Virus record (IMG/VR): IMGVR_UViG_3300024344_003081
Length of the DNA stretch: 64,000 nt
Source of the DNA: a virus
Lineage: Duplodnaviria > Caudoviricetes
Direction: 5' to 3' (one strand)
Made by a program: the position numbers and the translations under genes. Shown one piece after another: positions 49,453-56,966 of the stretch. How positions within the stretch are numbered: position 1 is the first letter of the stretch; each line of letters begins with the position of its first letter. A model generated the notes under the pieces. The model was not told the DNA's origin, searched no databases, and worked only from the letters and a program-made list of their open reading frames with translations.

Positions 49453-50219
49453 AAATCATTTCAAAATATAATAATACCTGGATGGCATATTTTGGATTTC
49501 AAATTTTATTTCATATATTAACTGTTGTTGGATTGTTATATTCATCATGGCATTGGCTGTGGTTGTCTTTAGTGGGCATTATTTTTTTCAGACATATTGG
49601 TGTAGAAATTGGCGCCCATCGATATTTTGCACATAAAAGTTTTAAAGCAAAACCTTGGGCTAAAAAATTAATGGCCATTTGTGGACTTTTTGCATATGGA
49701 GGAACACACTATGCTTGGATTCCTTTTCATAGACTACATCATCAAAAATCAGACACTAAATTGGATCCCCATTCACCACATCACATGAGTTTCATAGATG
49801 TTTATTTTACTAACTGGCGAGTTGAAGTGTTAGATGTTAAATTGTATCAAGATTTAATAGAAGATAAATTTTTACAATTTTTACATAGAAATTATTTAAT
49901 TATAGTAACTACACCATTAATTTTATTTGCATTGATAGATTGGAGAATATCTGTTTTTCTATTTGCTATTCCAAGTGCATTTGCACTTCATTCTGGGGGG
50001 CTGGTAAATTCTATAGGGCATTTATATGGATATAGAAATTTTGATGATACAAACGATAAAAGTCGAAATTCTACATGGGTGAATATACTAACTTTAGGAG
50101 AAGGTCTGCAGAATAATCATCATGCACATCCTGAAAGATATAATTTTAAAATGTCTAATAGATGGTATGAGACAGATTTTTTGAACGTTTTTCTAATAGA
50201 AAAGTTTTTAAAGGCGTGA
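49449..50219 (+). CDS. Membrane fatty-acyl desaturase 3
   Basis: HRYFAH, HRLHH, QNNHH. Confidence 0.88.
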   Translation: MKIISKYNNTWMAYFGFQILFHILTVVGLLYSSWHWLWLSLVGIIFFRHIGVEIGAHRYFAHKSFKAKPWAKKLMAICGLFAYGGTHYAWIPFHRLHHQKSDTKLDPHSPHHMSFIDVYFTNWRVEVLDVKLYQDLIEDKFLQFLHRNYLIIVTTPLILFALIDWRISVFLFAIPSAFALHSGGLVNSIGHLYGYRNFDDTNDKSRNSTWVNILTLGEGLQNNHHAHPERYNFKMSNRWYETDFLNVFLIEKFLKA

Positions 50220-51082
50220 TAATGTTTAAATATGAGATGACACGAAATGCAATTATTATTGGGATGATGATTCATTTATCTTTTCATGTTTTATTAGTAT
50301 ATGGAATAATAACTTTTTCTTTACATTGGTTGTGGTTAACATTAATAGGAACCATTTTAATTCGACATATAGGAACTGAAATAGGCGCTCACAGGTATTA
50401 TACTCATCAAAGTTTTAAAGCAAATCCGTGGGCACAGTGGCTTATGTCTATTTTATTTGTATGGAATTATGGAGGTAGTATGTTAGCATGGTGTCCTGGA
50501 CACAGTTATCATCATAGATTTTCTGATAGTAAACATGATATACAATCTCCACATTATATAAAAAAATTTAAAGATTTTGTTAGAGTTGTTTTTCCTGCAG
50601 TATTCGCATATGAAAAATTATATAACGATGAAATTGATAAAATGAGAATGAAAAGATACATGGAATGGTTTCATGAAAAGAGGGGTTTTATGGAATTAAT
50701 GAAGAATAAACCAGCGAGATTTACTCATAATTATTATTGGTTGATTGTATCTCTTCCAATTATAATTTTACCAATAATTGATATTCGTTTATTAATCTTT
50801 CTTATAGCAATACCATGTGTAATTAATTTTTGGTCTTTGGCTCTACTAAATTTTTTTGGACATATTTCTACTATTGGAAGTTATAAAAATTTCGAAACTG
50901 ATGAGTGGGGTAACAAGGAACGTTCAGTTAATACTCTATGGTTAAATATATTTACTGGGGGAATGGGACTACAAAATAATCACCATCATAATTCAAGAGC
51001 CTATAATTTTAAAATGAATGATAAATGGCATGAAACAGATTTTTTGAATGTATTTTTAATAGAAAAATTTTTAAAGGTTTAA
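50216..51082 (+). CDS. Membrane fatty-acyl desaturase 4
   Basis: HRYYTH, HSYHH, QNNHHH. Confidence 0.85.
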   Translation: MIMFKYEMTRNAIIIGMMIHLSFHVLLVYGIITFSLHWLWLTLIGTILIRHIGTEIGAHRYYTHQSFKANPWAQWLMSILFVWNYGGSMLAWCPGHSYHHRFSDSKHDIQSPHYIKKFKDFVRVVFPAVFAYEKLYNDEIDKMRMKRYMEWFHEKRGFMELMKNKPARFTHNYYWLIVSLPIIILPIIDIRLLIFLIAIPCVINFWSLALLNFFGHISTIGSYKNFETDEWGNKERSVNTLWLNIFTGGMGLQNNHHHNSRAYNFKMNDKWHETDFLNVFLIEKFLKV

Positions 51083-51083
51083 C

Positions 51084-51923
51084 ATGTTCAAATTTACAGC
51101 AAATAGGTTTGCAGTTATTATGATTTCTATTATTCATACGTTATTTCATATATTAACTGTATATGGATTAATAACTTTTTCTTTACATTGGTTATGGTTA
51201 TCTTTTATTGGTGTTATATTATTACGACATATCGGTACAGAAATAGGAAATCATCGATATTTTTGTCATAGGAGTTTTGAAGCAAAACCTTGGGCAGAAT
51301 GGCTTATGATGATTGGATATGCATTTTCGTATGGAGGAAGTAATATAGCATATGCTATAGGTCATAGATGGCATCATGCTACATCTGATACTGAAAAAGA
51401 TCCAATTTCTCCTCATAACATTAAGAATGTTAAAGATGTTTTTAGAATTATAACTCAAACTTTAGGAGAACTTCAACAGGAAGAACGTAAAGATTGGAAT
51501 ATTTTTAGAAAAAGTGAAAATAAATTTTGTAAAAAATTATTTAAAAATAAAGTAGCAAGATTCAATCATGAATATTATTGGTTAATAGCACTTTCTCCCA
51601 TTGTAATTTTATCAATAATCGATATTCGTTTGTTAATATTTTTTATAGCATTACCTTGTGTTATAACTTTTTGGTCTGGAATGTTAGCACATTTTTTAGG
51701 ACATGTAATGTTATTTGGTTGTTATAGAAATTATGAAACTACAGTTGATGATCTATCGGTAAATAATCCATGGTTAAATATAATAACAGGAGGATTAGGA
51801 ACATTACATAATAATCATCATGCACATCCTGAAAGATATAATTATAAAATGTCTAATAGATGGTATGAGACAGATTTTCCCAATGTGTTTTTAATAGAAA
51901 AGTTTTTAAAACATGATAGATAA
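51084..51923 (+). CDS. Membrane fatty-acyl desaturase 5
   Basis: HRYFCH, HRWHH, HNNHH. Confidence 0.88.
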   Translation: MFKFTANRFAVIMISIIHTLFHILTVYGLITFSLHWLWLSFIGVILLRHIGTEIGNHRYFCHRSFEAKPWAEWLMMIGYAFSYGGSNIAYAIGHRWHHATSDTEKDPISPHNIKNVKDVFRIITQTLGELQQEERKDWNIFRKSENKFCKKLFKNKVARFNHEYYWLIALSPIVILSIIDIRLLIFFIALPCVITFWSGMLAHFLGHVMLFGCYRNYETTVDDLSVNNPWLNIITGGLGTLHNNHHAHPERYNYKMSNRWYETDFPNVFLIEKFLKHDR

Positions 51924-52707
51924 CCTTAATAAATTATTTGTTAAAGATTTTCAAATTAGTATATTACAATATGTGTGGATTTATACCTTTCCTATCATAT
52001 CTGTATTGGGAATAATATATTCGTCATGGCATTGGTTGTTTTTAACATTAGTGGGTATAATTTTGTTTAAAGATATTGGAGGCGAAATAGGAGTCCATAG
52101 ATACTGGACACATAATTCATTTAAAGCGAAACCTTGGGTACCAAAATTATTTTCAATTTGTACAATTTTATGCTATGCTGGTAGTCCTCTTACTTGGTCA
52201 TATGTTCATAGACATCATCATGAGCATTCTGATACTGAAAAGGATGTACACTCTCCCCACCACAGCAAATGGTATCATATCTGGAGAGGATATTGGGATT
52301 TTTCAAAAATAGAAAAGTTTGATCCTAGATTCGTAGCAGATTTGTTGAAAGATGAATCAATAAAATTTGCACATCGATATCATTTATTAATTCAAATATG
52401 CGTAATCATAATAACTGTGTCTATAGATTGGAGAATATTTGTATTTTTATTTGCTCTTCCTAGTGCAATAACATTTTGGTTTGGATCTATAGCTGTTAAT
52501 ATGATGAGTCATTTGTGGGGATATCGTAATTTTGAAACACCTGATAATTCAAAAAATAATATACTTGCTTGTATTCTTGTTTCTTCTGGAGGATTACAAA
52601 ACAATCATCATTATAATCCTTCTTCATATAATTTTAAAATGTCAGATAGATGGTATGAACAAGATATGAAAAATGTGTTTCTTATTGAAAGATTTTTTAA
52701 AGCATGA
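51913..52707 (+). CDS. Membrane fatty-acyl desaturase 6
   Basis: HRYWTH, HRHHH, QNNHH. Confidence 0.88.
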   Translation: MIDNLNKLFVKDFQISILQYVWIYTFPIISVLGIIYSSWHWLFLTLVGIILFKDIGGEIGVHRYWTHNSFKAKPWVPKLFSICTILCYAGSPLTWSYVHRHHHEHSDTEKDVHSPHHSKWYHIWRGYWDFSKIEKFDPRFVADLLKDESIKFAHRYHLLIQICVIIITVSIDWRIFVFLFALPSAITFWFGSIAVNMMSHLWGYRNFETPDNSKNNILACILVSSGGLQNNHHYNPSSYNFKMSDRWYEQDMKNVFLIERFFKA

Positions 52708-53468
52708 TTAATTATTATATTAAATCTAAGCGAACTCCCTATTTTTTCTTAATTAATTTAATTGCTCATTTAGCAATTATACCCGCAATTCTTTATGGCG
52801 AATGGTGGATGTGGATATTAAGTTTGATATGGTGGCAGTGGATAGGATGTACAGCATATACTACTGGGTATCATAGGTATTATACTCATAAAAGTTTTAA
52901 AGCACCGCTTTGGTATGATTATTATTTTAATTTTTTTTCTTTATTTGGTAATCCAGGACCAGTTCTTATATGGAGCGGAACACATAAATTACACCACAAA
53001 TATAGTGATACGGAATTAGATCCACATAGTCCTAAACATAAAGGATTTTGGAATGTGTGGACAAGTTTTTGGGGAATGGGAGTGTTTACAATAGATCCTC
53101 CTACAAGAGAAGATTTAAAAGATTGGTTAGAAGAAACAAAAGATCCTATTGCTAAATGGTTTTATGATAATTATCTTTCTTTAACAGTTATTATTATGAT
53201 TGTATTGTTATTCATGGGTCCTTGGTTTTTTATATTTGGTTTTTGTATTCCTACATGTTTAATACTTCATGGTTCGGGTATTATTAATGCATTTACTCAT
53301 AAGAATGGAAAACCAGAGAATAAAAATTTAGTGGCATTGATAACCGCTGGAGAAGGATGGCATTTGAATCATCATGAAGATCCATCTAATTATACGACAA
53401 GAAAAGAGTCGTATAAATGGTGGCAAGTTGACTTAAATGGTATATGGATCAATTTAATTAAAATATAG
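52704..53468 (+). CDS. Membrane fatty-acyl desaturase 7
   Basis: HRYYTH, HKLHH, GEGWHLNHH. Confidence 0.9.
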   Translation: MINYYIKSKRTPYFFLINLIAHLAIIPAILYGEWWMWILSLIWWQWIGCTAYTTGYHRYYTHKSFKAPLWYDYYFNFFSLFGNPGPVLIWSGTHKLHHKYSDTELDPHSPKHKGFWNVWTSFWGMGVFTIDPPTREDLKDWLEETKDPIAKWFYDNYLSLTVIIMIVLLFMGPWFFIFGFCIPTCLILHGSGIINAFTHKNGKPENKNLVALITAGEGWHLNHHEDPSNYTTRKESYKWWQVDLNGIWINLIKI

Positions 53469-53519
53469 GCTCGATATATATTAACACCAGAGAATGGAAA
53501 CGAAAGTTCCGCTTTGGAC

Positions 53520-53592
53520 AGGGGTGTAGTTTAATTAAAACGGCCAACAGGGTGTTGGGAAGTTGTGAGTGTAAATCTCGCCACCCCGACCA
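53520..53592 (+). tRNA. Non-canonical tRNA-Pro(GGG)-like RNA with encoded CCA
   Basis: Manual cloverleaf: acceptor (A)GGGGTG/CACCCC(G)-A-CCA, D stem GTTT/AAAC with a 5-nt loop, anticodon arm CCAA-CAGGGTG-TTGG, T stem GTGAG/CTCGC with loop TGTAAAT; 73 nt. Confidence 0.6.
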
Positions 53593-53612
53593 AAATTAAA
53601 AAAAAGTATGTT

Positions 53613-54419
53613 ATGATTACAATTAATACATGGAAAAATAATTATATTATTGCACATGATCCTCATTCAAAAATTGAAATAGATTCTTTGAATAAATTAT
53701 TTGTTTCATTAGTAGATAAAATTGGGGGTAGTGATCAAGATTCTATTGAACGAGCAAAGAGAAAAGGTGAATATTTATTAATTGCTGGACATGCAAATAT
53801 AAAATATGAATTGTTAGCAAGAACTTTTCAAGATTTTCTTAAACAATTTGAAATTGGTTATGATTGGAGAGGTGAAAGTTCTGCTGATAATATATCATTA
53901 TTTAATGAATTAAATATTTTACCAACAGAAGATCCTTCTACAGGTGCTATAGGTGGAGGAGTGCCTGATGATAATCAGAATGAAATAGAATTAGGTATTC
54001 TTCCATTGGTTACTATTCTCAATACATTTGATGGAATTAGAACTTTTGGTTCATGTGAAGGACACTATGTTAAGTCTGATTTTCTCAATGCGTATATATC
54101 ATGGACTGCTTGCAATATAAATGGACTAAATTATTCTACATTTCTTTTAAAAAATGCAATTAATGGTGTTTGGGAAAAAAGAAAATTAAATGATGATGAG
54201 AATTTTAATATAAATCAAATAATTAATAGAATTACATTAAGTTTTAATACAGGATATTGGAAGCCTGCACGTTTAAGGACTGCTCCATTACCAGGTGAAA
54301 ATTTTTATCATTTTCGTTTTGATTATGAATTTAAATTTCGATCACTTGTTTTTAATATAATAAATGATATTGCTGAACATATTATAAATGAAAAATATGA
54401 ATTGTCAAAGGAGATATAA
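53613..54419 (+). CDS. Hypothetical protein with a TYW3-like TxxSCxGH motif
   Basis: LNTFDGIRTFGSCEGH. The track's GTG start at 53565 lies inside the tRNA-like element, so the ATG at 53613 is preferred. Confidence 0.55.
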   Translation: MITINTWKNNYIIAHDPHSKIEIDSLNKLFVSLVDKIGGSDQDSIERAKRKGEYLLIAGHANIKYELLARTFQDFLKQFEIGYDWRGESSADNISLFNELNILPTEDPSTGAIGGGVPDDNQNEIELGILPLVTILNTFDGIRTFGSCEGHYVKSDFLNAYISWTACNINGLNYSTFLLKNAINGVWEKRKLNDDENFNINQIINRITLSFNTGYWKPARLRTAPLPGENFYHFRFDYEFKFRSLVFNIINDIAEHIINEKYELSKEI

Positions 54420-54682
54420 TGGCTAAAATTAGTGAAATATCTAATGAGTTGAAGAAAAAACTTGAAGACACAATGCAGGGTGGATATACAGGAGGCTGTC
54501 AAGAGTGGATTAATTTAATTGCAACTGCTGAACCGTCAGAAAATGAAAAAGAAGCAAATATGTTAAAAGCGTTAAATGATTTAACAACACAATTTACAGC
54601 AACGATGTCTGGAAATGCACCAGGTGATCTGACAATTTGGTATCAAGAATTAAACTTTGCTATGAATGAATATTTGACTTAA
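54419..54682 (+). CDS. Hypothetical protein
   Basis: 87 aa; AGGAG RBS and TAATG overlap. Confidence 0.6.
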   Translation: MAKISEISNELKKKLEDTMQGGYTGGCQEWINLIATAEPSENEKEANMLKALNDLTTQFTATMSGNAPGDLTIWYQELNFAMNEYLT

Positions 54683-54689
54683 TAATCTT

Positions 54690-55373
54690 ATGAAAATAGA
54701 ATTTTATGGTTCTAGTATAATAGGATCAAATACTTTTCAAATAGAAAAGCCTAAAGCATTCTATGATTTGATTCTTGATCATTTCAATGCTTCTTCATTA
54801 AATTATATGATAGCACAATGTTCAGAAGAAAGGATTCTTTACAATTTAAAAAAGACCAGTGAAATTGATATAGCAATAATCTTTCATTCAACTCCTCAAT
54901 TTATATATTTTCCAAATTTTACTAGAGATTTTATTTATATGAATGATGATAGAGTTGATGATTGGGATAATCGGCAACATTTTTTAGATTATGTTGATGC
55001 TTTTAAACAAAACAGAAAAGACATAGTTACAAATTTTAGTGTACCTACAGAACCTATTGATGCATCAATTATAAAAGATTTCATGAAATTACATTTTAAT
55101 AGAGATGTAAATAGAAATAGATTTCATGGAGCATTATCTTTAATTGATGAATATGTTTATTCAAAAAAAATACCAACAATACACGTTATAAATGATCATA
55201 TTCCTGGTTGGTTTACTTTTAAATCGGGCATTATAGATGAAGATATTTGTGAAATCGAAAAAGAATATAGTGTATCATTCAATAAATCTGTAAATGGAAT
55301 AAGTGAAGAGGGAAATAATCTTATTTTTAATAAATTAATTGGTTTGATCCAAAGTACAATACAAAGGACATAA
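54690..55373 (+). CDS. Hypothetical protein, possibly a degenerate SGNH-fold protein
   Basis: N-terminal IEFYGSS, internal SEERIL and IIFHS, C-terminal NGISEEGN. Confidence 0.45.
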   Translation: MKIEFYGSSIIGSNTFQIEKPKAFYDLILDHFNASSLNYMIAQCSEERILYNLKKTSEIDIAIIFHSTPQFIYFPNFTRDFIYMNDDRVDDWDNRQHFLDYVDAFKQNRKDIVTNFSVPTEPIDASIIKDFMKLHFNRDVNRNRFHGALSLIDEYVYSKKIPTIHVINDHIPGWFTFKSGIIDEDICEIEKEYSVSFNKSVNGISEEGNNLIFNKLIGLIQSTIQRT

Positions 55374-55377
55374 ACCA

Positions 55378-55385
55378 TATAAATA
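55378..55385 (+). promoter_or_regulatory. T4-type late promoter
   Basis: Exact TATAAATA upstream of the head-gene block starting at 55418. Confidence 0.75.
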
Positions 55386-55417
55386 TAAATTAGATAACGA
55401 AATTTATTTAGAGGGTT

Positions 55418-55996
55418 ATGAAAAAATTTAAAGATTTATCAGCAACGGCTAAAAAAGAAGTAAAAGAGCATTTTAGTGGTGTTCCACATCAACATCCTCA
55501 TGGAAAAATGAATTATGATGATGTTGAGGGGAGAATGGCTAAACAAAGTTTATACAAACTACACAAATATAGTAGAGAACTTTTTGAAATGCTCGATGAT
55601 CATACAGAATTAGAAGCATGGGTTCAAGATAAAATTTCAAGAGCATGTTCTTATATAAGTTCTGTAAAGCATTTTCTTGAATATGAAATGGATCATGGTT
55701 CAGAAGATAATCCTTATGAGGAATTCGAATATGATGATGATCTGGATATGATTGAAGATGTTCATCATATTGATGATTTAATTCCATTACTCAAGCAAAT
55801 TTATAAAGTTCAAGAATCACATAAAATAAATTTGAAAGATGTTCAAGTAATTGTTGAACCTGATGATGCAGAGGTTTTATACGAAACTTATAAAAAATTA
55901 AATGACGAAAATAAGAAAGAATTTTCTAAAAAAATATTTGAAAGTAAAGAAGATTTTTGGAATATGGTTTCTTTTTCTAGAAGCAGAGGAGAATAA
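55418..55996 (+). CDS. Hypothetical protein of the head module
   Basis: EGRMAKQSL...LDDHTELEAWVQDKI pattern, recalled from marine T4-like phages; GAGGG RBS. Confidence 0.65.
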   Translation: MKKFKDLSATAKKEVKEHFSGVPHQHPHGKMNYDDVEGRMAKQSLYKLHKYSRELFEMLDDHTELEAWVQDKISRACSYISSVKHFLEYEMDHGSEDNPYEEFEYDDDLDMIEDVHHIDDLIPLLKQIYKVQESHKINLKDVQVIVEPDDAEVLYETYKKLNDENKKEFSKKIFESKEDFWNMVSFSRSRGE

Positions 55997-55999
55997 TTA

Positions 56000-56248
56000 A
56001 TGGCTTATAAACTACTTGGTGCCTTAGTAACCGATCCAGCAAATAATACTATTGGTTCAGCAACTACAGTTGCATGTAACATAGAAACTGCGGGAACCGT
56101 AGAAGTACAGGGACCTGCAATAAATGGTGGATCTTGGGAATCTAAAGGAACGATTAAACTTCCTGTAGGAATACATAAAATTCTTAAAAATTCTGATTGG
56201 AGTGTAACTTTTACGGGTCAGGCAACTTCAGTAGCACATTCGGACTAA
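56000..56248 (+). CDS. Small hypothetical protein
   Basis: 82 aa; GAGGAG RBS. Confidence 0.6.
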   Translation: MAYKLLGALVTDPANNTIGSATTVACNIETAGTVEVQGPAINGGSWESKGTIKLPVGIHKILKNSDWSVTFTGQATSVAHSD

Positions 56249-56256
56249 GGTCATGA

Positions 56257-56565
56257 ATGAAGAGAATACATAAAATAAGTCGTGTTCGAACTATTGGTGG
56301 TAGACGAAAAGCATTTAGAAATATTTTTAGAAAAAATAGAGGACTGATTGGTAAGGGATATAGAAAGGTTGCAGGTAAGAAAATTCTTAAAAAAATGACT
56401 GCAAAAGAAAGAAAGAAATTTAATCCTAAAACTAATCTGAAAATAAGACAGTCTTTAAGAAAAAGAAAAATAAAACAGAGATTAATAAACATAAAAAGAA
56501 AAAAAACATTAAGGTCTGGATTATTTAGAGGAATTTCAAAGCTAAATAAAAATATAAAAAGATGA
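56257..56565 (+). CDS. Basic prohead core protein, gp68-like
   Basis: Very K/R-rich 102 aa with KIRQSLRKRK, upstream of gp21. Confidence 0.5.
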   Translation: MKRIHKISRVRTIGGRRKAFRNIFRKNRGLIGKGYRKVAGKKILKKMTAKERKKFNPKTNLKIRQSLRKRKIKQRLINIKRKKTLRSGLFRGISKLNKNIKR

Positions 56566-56963
56566 AAATATTCAGAGAATTTAAAGACGAAGCAGAATAT
56601 CAGCATGTTCCTCTAGAGGAAAGAAAGTTTACTCTTCAACAAAGATTGAAAGCGGGACAACGGGCTAGGAGAAGGTCTAAGTTGTTGAAGAGAGCAAAAC
56701 AAAGAGCATTGAGAAGAATTGCGAGTCCAGAAGTATTACAAAAGCGGGCTAGAAGAACGGCTAGAAATATAATGAAAAGCAGAATTGCTAGAGGACAAAG
56801 CCTTTCACAAATGTCTCCTGCTCAAAAAATAATGCTTGCGACAAGATTAGAGAAATTTTTACCAAGAATTAAAAAAATGGCTAAAAGATTAGTAAAAGTT
56901 AAAAGAAAAGAAGAATTAGCACGTAAAAGAAACAGAACAAAAACACCAGGTCAAAAAGGTTAA
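56562..56963 (+). CDS. Basic prohead core-like protein
   Basis: K/R-rich 133 aa (ARRRSKLLKRAKQRALRR), directly before the protease gene. Confidence 0.5.
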   Translation: MKIFREFKDEAEYQHVPLEERKFTLQQRLKAGQRARRRSKLLKRAKQRALRRIASPEVLQKRARRTARNIMKSRIARGQSLSQMSPAQKIMLATRLEKFLPRIKKMAKRLVKVKRKEELARKRNRTKTPGQKG

Positions 56964-56966
56964 GTT

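Noticed and set aside
43674-53468. Host chromosomal DNA mis-joined to a phage contig
   Set aside because: AT-rich composition and overlap style look the same as in the flanking virion genes, and there is no integrase, att-like site or strand break. Not fully excluded without read mapping.
53565-53612. GTG start for the ORF ending at 54419
   Set aside because: It lies in the T-arm of the tRNA-like element; the downstream ATG at 53613 is more plausible.
56211-56606. 131 aa hydrophobic minus-strand ORF
   Set aside because: Antisense shadow of the Lys/Arg-rich plus-strand genes (AAA/AGA read as F/L/S on the reverse strand).
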